DNA from: a bacterium
Lineage (GTDB): Bacteria > Patescibacteriota > Minisyncoccia > Phycocordibacterales > JAKAEA01
Length of the DNA: 64,000 bases
Assembly (NCBI GenBank): GCA_021818465.1
Contig: JAKAEA010000001.1
Coordinates: 311,712-375,711 of the forward strand
Reading direction: 5' to 3'
A program made the position numbers and the translations under genes. How positions within the stretch are numbered: the first letter of the stretch is position 1; each line of letters begins with the position of its first letter. Under the pieces are notes generated by a model. It saw only the letters and a program-made list of their open reading frames with translations, was not told the DNA's origin and made no database searches. Shown here piece after piece: positions 25,032 through 34,375 of this stretch.

Positions 25032-28000
25032 TTATAATACTTTTGCTTTTTCAACAATAATGCTTGGCGCGTCATTGCGCTTAGAGAGACGACCTTTCAT
25101 GGCGACACACACATCGGGCGCAAAAAGCTCCGGGTATTGTTTGAAAGTTTTAGGGAATACCACGCCTTCCATTGATCCGGTGTAATCGGCAATTTTTATG
25201 AACAACATCTTCTCATTATTTTTTGTTATAAATTGTTTAACTTCTTCTAGGAGACCATAGACAACAATTGTGGCGCCCTCAGGCATTTCTTTGAGGCGTG
25301 TGATGGTAGCGGCGCTACCGTCTTTTTGTTTGGCCTCGAGTTTTTCACGATAGGCATCGAGAGGGTGGCCGGAAATATAGAGACCGAGCAGTTCTTTTTC
25401 CCAGGCCAAGCGCTCGTTGGGGCTGGCGATGGCGGCTGGTTTGAGACGTAACGTTGGCACGTTCGCTGTATCATCGAGCAGTGTAAAGAGTGAATCTTCA
25501 CCATTGCTTGCCTGGGTCGCTTCTTTGTTGTAAGCGAGTAAATCGTCTATGGCGCCAAGTAGTTGGCCGCGTTCGCATTTTTGCTTTTGATCAAGTGGCA
25601 GCTCGTCAAATGCGCCAACTCGAATGAGTGCTTCTAATGATTTGCGATTGAGATTGCGGTTGCGGACACGAGTGAGAAAGTCGGCGAGCGAATGAAATGG
25701 ACCTTTTGTTTTTCGTTCAGCAATGATGGCGTCGGCGATACCTTCACCAACATTTTTAATAGTGTAGAGGCCGAAGCGAATGGCGTCGAGAGTGGCAGAC
25801 GTCTCGGACGTGCTTGGTGTTCCTTTAATAACCGTGAAGCCGCCAAAGCTTTCATTAATATCTGGTGGCAAAATTGGAATCTTCATGCGTCGACATTCCG
25901 CAATCGTTTCGGCAATAGTTTCAATGTTGCCGCTCTCGGCAGTGAGTACGGCACACATGTAGACGGCGGGAAAGTTTGCTTTCATGTAGGCAGTTTGGTA
26001 GGCAACGCGACCGTAGCTCGCAGCGTGAGCTTTATTGAAACCGTATGCAGCAAAGGGTTCAATGAGTTTCCAAAGCATTTCAGCTTTTTGCTGACTCATG
26101 CCGTTGCTGAGTAAACCGTGTATGAGTTTATCCTTTTCAGCTTGCATAACTTCCGGAATTTTTTTACCCATCGCTTTGCGAAATTTATCGGCTTCCAGCC
26201 ACGAGTACCCGGCGAGTTTGATAGCGGAGAGAAGCACATCGTCTTGATAAATGAGTAAACCATAAGAAAAATCCAAATATTCTTTCATGCGTGGATCCAA
26301 ATAGGTGACACGTGCCGGATTATGTTTGCGTTCAATGTACTGCGGAATAACTTCCATCGGGCCTGGACGGTAGAGCGCGACCATAGCATTAATATCGTGA
26401 ATAGTGCTTGGTTGTAGTTCTTTAAGAAATCGGGTCATGCCTGAGCCGTTGAGTTGAAACAAGCCTATGGTCTCACCCCGAGCTAGCATTGTGAACGTTT
26501 TAGCATCATCTAATGGAATGTGTTCAATATCCACATCAATATGTTCTATTTTTTGTACTAACTTTACAGCGTCAGCCAAAATAGCTAAGTTACGGATACC
26601 TAAGAAATCAAATTTGAGTAAACCTGCATCTTCTACCGACCACATATCGTATTGGGTGATAATTTTGCCACCGCTGGTGTCGTTGGTACTTTTAGGATCT
26701 AGTTGCAGTGGCACAAAATCGGTGATAGTTGTGGGGGCGATAACAACACCAGCGGCGTGCACCGAAATGTGTCGGGCGCGGCCCTCAATTTTTTTTGCGG
26801 TATCAATAATTTCGCGTACTTCCGCTTCGGCATCATATATTTTTTTAAGCTCAGGTTCCATTTCCAGGGCGCGCTCAATAGTCATAGGAAAACCTTGTGA
26901 GCCCATGGGGATGAGTTTTGCTACTCGGTCACCAGTAGTGTAGGGATAGCCGAGTGCGCGAGCGACGTCGCGTACAGCGCCACGTGCCATCATAGTGCCA
27001 AAGGTACCGATCTGGGCGACTTTGTCGTAGCCGTACTTTTTCTTGGCATACTCAATCATTTCGTCACGACGATTATCAGCATAATCCATATCAATATCAG
27101 GCGCGCTTGGTCGTTCTGGATTTAAAAAACGTTCAAAAGGCAGCTGGTATTCTAATGGATCAACATTCGTGATGCCGGCCAAGTAGGTGACGAGTGAACC
27201 ACCGACCGAGCCGCGGATGGTGGTGAGAATACCGTGTTCGTGAGCGTAGTGCAGTAAATCAGCAACCACAAGAAAGTATGGCGAGTAGCCTTTCGTTTTG
27301 ATGACAGATAGCTCGTATTCCATGCGCTCGCGCACTTTTTTGAGTTGTTCGGGATTAGTATATTTTTTATCAAAACCACGTTTTAAAAAACCCTGCTCTA
27401 CTGATTGCCGAAGCGCTTCATCGGCCGTGGTGCTGCCGGAAGGTAGCTCAAAATCAGGAAAAACCCATTTTCCGAGCGTCAGTTCCACAGTACACTGGTC
27501 GGCGATTTTAACCGTGTTTTCTAGAGCGTCAGGTGTATCTGTAAAAAGTTTTTCAGCCTGATCACTAGTAATAAAAGAAAAATTTTCCTCGGTGTCTTCA
27601 AAGCCACCACGTTCTAGAGCTTCGCCGTTTTGCTGAATAGATTGCAGCGTCTCGCGCGCCAATCGATCATCTTGTGAAAGGTAGTAGACATCATGAGCGG
27701 CAACAAGCGGTACCTGGTGTCGACGAGAAAATGCGACGAGTTTTTTCATGGTTTCTTCGTGGCCAGGAATTTCTGGATGGTGCGTTAGTTCAAGAAAAAA
27801 TGCACCTTCGCCGAAAAGTTTTTTGTAGTATGCAACAAGTTCAAGCACTTTTTCTTCGTCGTCGGCTTTGAGCGCTGCGATGATCTCGCTAGAAAAGGAC
27901 GGCGATATACAGATTAATCCCTCGGCATATTTTTCCAACAGCTCGCGGTCAACGCGCGGCTTATAATAGAAACCCTCTAGGTAGGAGTCGGTTACGAGTC

Positions 28001-28313
28001 GCAATAAATTTTTGTAGCCGATATTGTTTTTAGCAAGGAGTACCAGACGCGTGCGGCGATTATCCACGCCAGTTTGTTTGTCGTGGCGTGTGCGTGCGGC
28101 GAGGTAGCAATCAACGCCGATGATCGGTTTCAACTCATTTTTTTTACATTCCTTATAAAATTCAATGGCGCCGTAAAGGTTACCGTTATCGGTCAGGGCC
28201 ACGGCGTTCATACCGGCCGCTTTTGCTGCAGCAACCAGCTCGTCGATTTTCGGCAGGGCAGAGAGCAGGGAATAGTGTGAGTGCGTGTGCAGATGAACGA
28301 ATCGTGAAGACAT
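25032..28313 (-). CDS. dnaE: DNA polymerase III alpha subunit
   Basis: HLHTHSHYSLL PHP domain, FERFLNPER..PDIDMD, KFDFLG, YGFNKAHA, C-terminal OB fold. Confidence 0.98.
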   Translation of the reverse strand: MSSRFVHLHTHSHYSLLSALPKIDELVAAAKAAGMNAVALTDNGNLYGAIEFYKECKKNELKPIIGVDCYLAARTRHDKQTGVDNRRTRLVLLAKNNIGYKNLLRLVTDSYLEGFYYKPRVDRELLEKYAEGLICISPSFSSEIIAALKADDEEKVLELVAYYKKLFGEGAFFLELTHHPEIPGHEETMKKLVAFSRRHQVPLVAAHDVYYLSQDDRLARETLQSIQQNGEALERGGFEDTEENFSFITSDQAEKLFTDTPDALENTVKIADQCTVELTLGKWVFPDFELPSGSTTADEALRQSVEQGFLKRGFDKKYTNPEQLKKVRERMEYELSVIKTKGYSPYFLVVADLLHYAHEHGILTTIRGSVGGSLVTYLAGITNVDPLEYQLPFERFLNPERPSAPDIDMDYADNRRDEMIEYAKKKYGYDKVAQIGTFGTMMARGAVRDVARALGYPYTTGDRVAKLIPMGSQGFPMTIERALEMEPELKKIYDAEAEVREIIDTAKKIEGRARHISVHAAGVVIAPTTITDFVPLQLDPKSTNDTSGGKIITQYDMWSVEDAGLLKFDFLGIRNLAILADAVKLVQKIEHIDVDIEHIPLDDAKTFTMLARGETIGLFQLNGSGMTRFLKELQPSTIHDINAMVALYRPGPMEVIPQYIERKHNPARVTYLDPRMKEYLDFSYGLLIYQDDVLLSAIKLAGYSWLEADKFRKAMGKKIPEVMQAEKDKLIHGLLSNGMSQQKAEMLWKLIEPFAAYGFNKAHAASYGRVAYQTAYMKANFPAVYMCAVLTAESGNIETIAETIAECRRMKIPILPPDINESFGGFTVIKGTPSTSETSATLDAIRFGLYTIKNVGEGIADAIIAERKTKGPFHSLADFLTRVRNRNLNRKSLEALIRVGAFDELPLDQKQKCERGQLLGAIDDLLAYNKEATQASNGEDSLFTLLDDTANVPTLRLKPAAIASPNERLAWEKELLGLYISGHPLDAYREKLEAKQKDGSAATITRLKEMPEGATIVVYGLLEEVKQFITKNNEKMLFIKIADYTGSMEGVVFPKTFKQYPELFAPDVCVAMKGRLSKRNDAPSIIVEKAKVL

Positions 28314-28337
28314 AGTAGGATTATATACTATCAGATT

Positions 28338-28943
28338 ATGGCCGCCGCTTATATTATTGGAATTGACGAAGTCGGTCGTGGTCCGCTGGCTGGGCCGGTG
28401 ACGCTCTGTGCTTGCGCGATTCCTCGTGGCGACGTTGGAAATCTTTTCATAAAAATTTTACACGGTGTAAAAGATTCAAAAAAATTAACGCCCCACGCCC
28501 GTGCAGCCTTCTTCGCAAAAGCGAAGCAGCTGCGCCGAGAAAATAAAATTAACTACGCTATCGCACACGTGAGTGCCGCGGTAATTGATCGCGAGGGGAT
28601 AGCGAGTGCGATTCGTATAGCAATTACCCGCTGTTTACAAAAATTAGAACTTGATCCCGTTCGCTGCAGTATATTTTTAGATGGTAGTTTGAAAGTGCCA
28701 CAAAAATTTGTAAGACAAAAGACCATTATTGGTGGCGATCAGTCGATACCGGTCATTTCACTAGCTTCGATTATTGCTAAAGTTGCCCGCGACAAGAAAA
28801 TGGTTGGTTGGGCACGTGCATTTCCGCAGTACGGTTTTGAAATTCATAAAGGCTACGGCACGCTCGCGCATCGGGATGCTATACGTCGCCACGGCCTTTC
28901 GCCACTCCACCGCCGCACCTTTTGTCGAAACATTGACAATTAG
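28338..28943 (+). CDS. rnhB: ribonuclease HII
   Basis: GIDEVGRGPLAGPV, DSKKL, ASIIAKV.RD, HKGYGT..H. Confidence 0.96.
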   Translation: MAAAYIIGIDEVGRGPLAGPVTLCACAIPRGDVGNLFIKILHGVKDSKKLTPHARAAFFAKAKQLRRENKINYAIAHVSAAVIDREGIASAIRIAITRCLQKLELDPVRCSIFLDGSLKVPQKFVRQKTIIGGDQSIPVISLASIIAKVARDKKMVGWARAFPQYGFEIHKGYGTLAHRDAIRRHGLSPLHRRTFCRNIDN

Positions 28944-29021
28944 CCACATTTATGCTACGATTACACCGACTCTAAAGAATGGTTCTTTAGAGAATTTTTG
29001 TTTTTTTGAAAGGAGGCCGTC

Positions 29022-30044
29022 ATGGCCACGCGTATCACCAAAATTCGGGTTCCTCGTCTGTGCAGCATCGGCGACCTGTACGGTCTCCGGCTACTACAGA
29101 AACATGGGGAAGAAAAATTTCCTGGCGTTGCAACCGCTCCTGTCGAGTTCTATGATCTCGGCACATACCCCGACAACACCTGGATGCAGTATCTTCAGCA
29201 AGGCACGTTCATCATTGGAATTGACAGCTTTCGGATCCAACGTGGTCGGCCGGCTTGCGTGTCGGTGGCGGAAGCTCTCGGGTTGATCGACCACGTGTTC
29301 TACGGATGGTTGGTGCAGCGAATGGTGGATGCAAGTAATCTTTCCACTGATCCGTTTAGCATCAACAATATCTTGCGGGATGTATGGCGCTACAATTCCA
29401 CAGAGATATTGCCTTTTGCTCGGACATTATTCCGAGCAATAGAGGAAAAGCAGCGATACTTCCTCAAGACGCGGCACCTCCAGACGCAGCAAACGGCCAA
29501 AGCCGCTCACGAAGCTGCTCGTCGTCCTCTGCCGCCACCACCTCGTCGGCCGCGGGCGTGCACCACGCAGGACCAGCCACAGCCGCCGGTGGAAGTGGCA
29601 CACCAAGGACGAGAACCCTATCAGCGTTTTGCTGTTACGGGAGGACAGAATCCGTTATTCGCCGCCATCGTCACAACTGATGATGAAATTGGAGCGCTGG
29701 ACGTTCAATCGTTTGGTGTTGCCATCTTGGTATGTAAGCGTACCGCGGGACATATGGACGTGTTCTGTTTCGATTCTTCTGTTGACTTGATCTATTTGGT
29801 TAAGGAGTTACGGAAGGAGTCTTTGCGAAATCTAGGGATGTCCCGAAAGAAGATTCAGGGTTTGAATCAGGACCATTTAATGGCTTCGGGAATTATCCCT
29901 GAAGTTCCTGATTTAGATTTCAGGATAACAACCCAACTTCAGGAAATACTGCATGTTGCATTGGCTCTTGATAAGGTTGTTCACCTGCTCAAGACTGTGG
30001 TTGCTCCTTGTAGCAATCCCAACATAGTGCAGGAAGTGATGTAA
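29022..30044 (+). CDS. hypothetical protein with Pro/Arg-rich linker
   Basis: 340-aa ORF with own promoter (TTGACA-N17-TACGAT at 28933), SD GAAAGGAGG and terminator. Confidence 0.7.
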   Translation: MATRITKIRVPRLCSIGDLYGLRLLQKHGEEKFPGVATAPVEFYDLGTYPDNTWMQYLQQGTFIIGIDSFRIQRGRPACVSVAEALGLIDHVFYGWLVQRMVDASNLSTDPFSINNILRDVWRYNSTEILPFARTLFRAIEEKQRYFLKTRHLQTQQTAKAAHEAARRPLPPPPRRPRACTTQDQPQPPVEVAHQGREPYQRFAVTGGQNPLFAAIVTTDDEIGALDVQSFGVAILVCKRTAGHMDVFCFDSSVDLIYLVKELRKESLRNLGMSRKKIQGLNQDHLMASGIIPEVPDLDFRITTQLQEILHVALALDKVVHLLKTVVAPCSNPNIVQEVM

Positions 30045-30065
30045 TGTTTCCTTCGTTCTTTTTCA

Positions 30066-30099
30066 GGCCCCGCGATGAGATTCATCGCGGGGCTTTTTT
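30066..30099 (+). terminator. intrinsic terminator
   Basis: GCCCCGCGATGA-GAT-TCATCGCGGGGC-TTTTTT. Confidence 0.9.
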
Positions 30100-30138
30100 C
30101 TTGCGTAAAAACACGATGTAGGGTAGTATAGCGAGTCT

Positions 30139-30366
30139 ATGGTTAATCACATGCGACATACTCGGGCACACACCGGCAATCGCCGTTCTCACCATGCCTT
30201 GAAAAATCAGGCCTTAGGTTTTTGCCCAAAATGCGGCTCGGCTAAGCCGGCTCATGCGATGTGCCCGCATTGTGGTTTTTATCGCGATCGCACGGTAGTG
30301 GATGTTCAAGCGGCGCTGCTTAAGAAAACTGAACGCCAGAAGAAACGCGAAACTACAACGACGTAA
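30139..30366 (+). CDS. rpmF: 50S ribosomal protein L32
   Basis: RRSHHAL, CPKCG...H..CPHCGFY. Confidence 0.95.
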   Translation: MVNHMRHTRAHTGNRRSHHALKNQALGFCPKCGSAKPAHAMCPHCGFYRDRTVVDVQAALLKKTERQKKRETTTT

Positions 30367-30441
30367 TACGTGGCGTCGTAATACACAGTTTTTTTATTTT
30401 ATCTACACGATATGTGTGCTACACTGAAAGTGAATTTTGCT

Positions 30442-31353
30442 ATGGCGAATCGGCACCTTTCACGTTCGTTAGCTCTGCAATCCCTTTATGAATGGGATTT
30501 CAATCATCGTGACAATACTGATATTGCCGCTATTATTACACGTAATCAGCGCGAGTTTGCTGAAGGTCAAACTGATGAACGGTTCGCACAAGCCTTAGTG
30601 CGTGGCGTACTCGCGAAACAAAGCGAGCTAGATACCATCATCGCTAAAGCGGCGCCCGACTGGCCGTTGGAAAAAATTTCTGTAATGGATCGCAATATTT
30701 TGCGCATCGGTTTATATGAATTATTATTTGCCGATCGGGCTGAGGTGCCAGCGAAAGTGGCGATCAATGAAGCGATAGAATTGGCAAAGGCGTACGGCGG
30801 CGAAACATCTGGTCGTTTTGTTAATGGTGTTGTGGGGGCGGTATATAAAGAAATAGGTGAACCAGGTAAAGAAGAAGTCTCCAAACGACCAATGGGAGCC
30901 GGTACGTCTGATGTAAAAAAAGAAATTCCTACACAACATCTTGGTGGAGCGGTGGTGTATGCTCGTGATGGTGACGAAGTGTATCTCGCGCTCGTGCACG
31001 ATGTGTTTGGCCATTGGACTCTTTCTAAAGGCAGTATTGCTGTGGGAGAGCGTGTGGAAGATGGTACGGTGCGCGGTATACGTGAAGAACTCGGTCTTAC
31101 CGACGTCACAATAAAAGAAAAACTTGATGAAAATACCTACACTGCCTATAATCCCGAAAGTGGCAAAAAGAAAAAACACGTTACCTACTTCTTGCTAGAA
31201 TCACCGTTCACAGATTTGAAGTTGGAAGAAAAAGGTGGCCTGGATGATGCTCAGTGGTTTAAACTCAAAGATATCTTAGACCTTAATTTTTATAATGACA
31301 TTTTGCCTATTGTCACCAAAGCTATTAATTTGATTTTAGCGCAAAAAAGTTGA
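30442..31353 (+). CDS. nusB: transcription antitermination factor NusB fused to a NUDIX domain
   Basis: RHLSR..ALQ.LYE, DRNILR, VAINEAIELAK.YG, FVNGV; then W.L.KG...GE...R.I.EELG Nudix-like box. Confidence 0.92.
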   Translation: MANRHLSRSLALQSLYEWDFNHRDNTDIAAIITRNQREFAEGQTDERFAQALVRGVLAKQSELDTIIAKAAPDWPLEKISVMDRNILRIGLYELLFADRAEVPAKVAINEAIELAKAYGGETSGRFVNGVVGAVYKEIGEPGKEEVSKRPMGAGTSDVKKEIPTQHLGGAVVYARDGDEVYLALVHDVFGHWTLSKGSIAVGERVEDGTVRGIREELGLTDVTIKEKLDENTYTAYNPESGKKKKHVTYFLLESPFTDLKLEEKGGLDDAQWFKLKDILDLNFYNDILPIVTKAINLILAQKS

Positions 31354-31364
31354 ATACTCTGTAT

Positions 31365-32060
31365 ATGCCAAAAGATTTTTCCCGATTTGAAGAACATATC
31401 GGTATAGAATTTAAAGATAAAACCTTGCTTCGCCAAGCATTTACGCATCGCTCGTACCTCAATGAAAATAAAGAAGCGGGTTTTACTGATAATGAACGCT
31501 TGGAGTTTTTGGGCGATGCTGTTTTACAGTTGGCTGTTACCGATCATCTTTTTACACTATATCCAGCCACGTCAGAAGGAGATTTGACGAGTTTTCGTTC
31601 AGCATTAGTCAATACGCAAACACTCAGTACGTTAGCGGCGAGCATTGGTATGAATGATTTTTTATTACTCTCACATGGTGAGCGAAAGGACACTGGTCGG
31701 GCGCGAACGATTATTTTAGCCGATGCTTTTGAGGCACTTATTGGCGCGCTGTATCTTGATCAGGGATTTAGTGTTGCCGAACGTTTTATTGCTCAAAAAA
31801 TTTTCCCGCTTGTAGCGGGAGTGGTTGCCGGCAAAGCGTGGCTTGATGCTAAGTCGCGTTTTCAAGAAGCAGCACAAGAGCACACCAGTATTACGCCGAC
31901 GTATAAAACCCTCAAGGAAAGCGGTCCAGATCATAATCGTATATTTACGATTGGTGTGTATCTAGGTAAGGAACTCATTGCTTCTGGCGAGGGGGTATCG
32001 AAACAGGAAGCTGAGCAGGAAGCGGCACAGAAAGCACTTACTGCACGAGGGTGGGACTAA
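31365..32060 (+). CDS. rnc: ribonuclease III
   Basis: AFTHRSY, NERLEFLGDAVL, ADAFEALIGA.YLD, C-terminal dsRBD. Confidence 0.97.
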   Translation: MPKDFSRFEEHIGIEFKDKTLLRQAFTHRSYLNENKEAGFTDNERLEFLGDAVLQLAVTDHLFTLYPATSEGDLTSFRSALVNTQTLSTLAASIGMNDFLLLSHGERKDTGRARTIILADAFEALIGALYLDQGFSVAERFIAQKIFPLVAGVVAGKAWLDAKSRFQEAAQEHTSITPTYKTLKESGPDHNRIFTIGVYLGKELIASGEGVSKQEAEQEAAQKALTARGWD

Positions 32061-32072
32061 TGTACACGACTC

Positions 32073-34367
32073 ATGCGTCTTAAATCTTTGGAAATTAGCG
32101 GGTTTAAATCATTTGCTAAAAAAGCAGTATTAGAATTTTCAACACCGATTACTGCGATTGTCGGTCCCAATGGTTCCGGTAAATCAAATGTTGCTGAGGC
32201 GTTTCGATTTGCTCTGGGTGAGCAGTCCATGAAATCTTTGCGTGGTAAGCGCGGCGAAGATTTAATTTTTAATGGTGGAGCGGCAGGTGGGAGACTTAAT
32301 CGGGCGGCGGTGAAGCTTGTTTTTAACAACACCGATCGCGCTTTGGCTCTGGATTTTGATGATGTGTCGCTGGAGCGAGCGGTGCACCGTGATTCGGCAA
32401 ATGAATATTTTATCAATGGCTCGCCCGCACGACTGAAAGACAGCATTGAATTACTTGCTAGTGCTCACATTGGCGCGTCTGGTCACCACATTATTTCACA
32501 AGGTGAAGCCGATCGAATTCTTAATGCAAATTTAAAAGAGCGTCGAGAGATGATTGAAGATGCGCTCGGGTTAAAAATTTACCACTATAAACGTGAAGAA
32601 AGTGAGCGTAAGCTAGAGAAAACCGCTGAGAATATACAGCAAGTAGAGAGTTTACGTAAAGAAATTGCACCGCACCTGCGTTTTTTAGAAAAGCAAATGG
32701 AAAAATTGGCGAAGACAGAAAAGTTACGAGAAGATTTGCGAGCGCACGCCACAGAATATTTTAAACGGGAGGAGACGTATGTGCGGGTGATGGGTACACG
32801 GCTGGCTGAAGAGGATCGGCCGCTGGCTGAGCGTGCGCAGGCACTCGATCGCGAGCTCGCTGATGCAAAAGCGGTCTTAGAAGCAGCTGCTCTGGCGCGT
32901 GGAAAAGAAGATACGACCACGCACGCGCTACTTGATGTTGAAAAAAAATTAGCAGCCGTACGCTTCGAACGAGAAGAACTGTCACGTCGCGTCGGTCGTG
33001 TAGAAGGTGAAATAGCCTCAGAAGAACGGGCGATTCACCGCGAGGAGATGCTTGCTAAAAGTGATGCGGGCCGAACGATACCATTTGCTGAACTGGAGGC
33101 GCTTGTTGCTACAGTGACTGAACGTTTGACTGAAGCAGAAACAGCTGCTGACCCCACTCTGTTTAAGAGGATAGCTAATGCTCTTAAAGATGTTCTCAAG
33201 GAATTTTTACAGCGTTTTCGTACTGGTACTGGTACCGATACGACCAGTGCGTCTCGTCGTGCTGAAATTGAGCGTCTCACTGAGGAGCGCCGACATGCTA
33301 CAGAAAAAATGAATGCATTGGTGCATGCTGAGACTGAACTCAGTGTTGAAATTAATCGTATACGGGAAAGCATTGAGAAAGAAAAAGATTCCAATCGTGA
33401 TGCTGAAAAAGCAGTTTTTCGAATTATGGCCGAACAAAATGATCTCGCTTCGAAACGGGCGACAATTCGCGCACATCAAGACGTGCATGCTGCCGCTGAA
33501 CTGGCGTTCAAACACGATCTTGGCGATGTTGCTGCGCTTGTCGGTCGGGCCGTATTGAATTTTACTGAACACGTATTTGTCGGAATGTCTGATGACGATA
33601 TTGCCAGTGAACCGCGTGCACGCCAAGAGGAGCGTCGCAAACAATTAGAACGTTTGAAGATTCGTATTGAAGAAGCAGGGGCGGCTGGTGGCGAAGATAC
33701 CGCTAAAGAATATCGTGAAGCGAAAGAGCGTGATGCTTTTTTGGCTCGTGAGGTTGCCGATTTAGAAACATCAGCCGAAACGCTCCGCACGCTCATTGCT
33801 GATTTAGTAGAAAAATTAGATACCGATTTTAAATCAGGTGTGCAAAAAATAAACGAACAATTCGGACAATTTTTTACGCTTATGTTTGGTGGAGGCACGG
33901 CTGCTCTGGATGTGGTCAAAGCTGCGCCGCGCACGCGCGCGAAGCAGTCTGATACCAGTATCGATTTTACTGATGGAGAAGGAGAAACTATGGCGAACGA
34001 TGAAGACACTGAAGAGGGAATTGATATCGCGGTTACGTTACCGAAGAAGCGTATTAAAGGTCTCACGATGCTTTCCGGCGGCGAGCGAGCGCTTACATCC
34101 ATTGCGCTACTCTTTGCTATCTCGCAAGTTAATCCGCCGCCGTTTATTATTCTTGATGAAACTGACGCGGCTTTGGATGAAGCAAACTCTCGCAAGTACG
34201 GTGATATGATAGAAAATCTCTCAAAATATTCGCAGCTTATTTTAATTACGCATAATCGCGAGACTATGTCCCGAGCAGGTGTGTTGTATGGCGTGACTAT
34301 GGGCAGCGACGGCGCCTCTAAACTTCTTTCTATTAAATTTGACGAAGCAGTGGCTGTAGCAAAATAA
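32073..34367 (+). CDS. smc: SMC-family ATPase (short, 764 aa)
   Basis: GFKSF, GPNGSGKSN, ISQG, LSGGE, FIILDETDAALD, ITHN. Confidence 0.9.
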   Translation: MRLKSLEISGFKSFAKKAVLEFSTPITAIVGPNGSGKSNVAEAFRFALGEQSMKSLRGKRGEDLIFNGGAAGGRLNRAAVKLVFNNTDRALALDFDDVSLERAVHRDSANEYFINGSPARLKDSIELLASAHIGASGHHIISQGEADRILNANLKERREMIEDALGLKIYHYKREESERKLEKTAENIQQVESLRKEIAPHLRFLEKQMEKLAKTEKLREDLRAHATEYFKREETYVRVMGTRLAEEDRPLAERAQALDRELADAKAVLEAAALARGKEDTTTHALLDVEKKLAAVRFEREELSRRVGRVEGEIASEERAIHREEMLAKSDAGRTIPFAELEALVATVTERLTEAETAADPTLFKRIANALKDVLKEFLQRFRTGTGTDTTSASRRAEIERLTEERRHATEKMNALVHAETELSVEINRIRESIEKEKDSNRDAEKAVFRIMAEQNDLASKRATIRAHQDVHAAAELAFKHDLGDVAALVGRAVLNFTEHVFVGMSDDDIASEPRARQEERRKQLERLKIRIEEAGAAGGEDTAKEYREAKERDAFLAREVADLETSAETLRTLIADLVEKLDTDFKSGVQKINEQFGQFFTLMFGGGTAALDVVKAAPRTRAKQSDTSIDFTDGEGETMANDEDTEEGIDIAVTLPKKRIKGLTMLSGGERALTSIALLFAISQVNPPPFIILDETDAALDEANSRKYGDMIENLSKYSQLILITHNRETMSRAGVLYGVTMGSDGASKLLSIKFDEAVAVAK

Positions 34368-34375
34368 TTTTTTAT

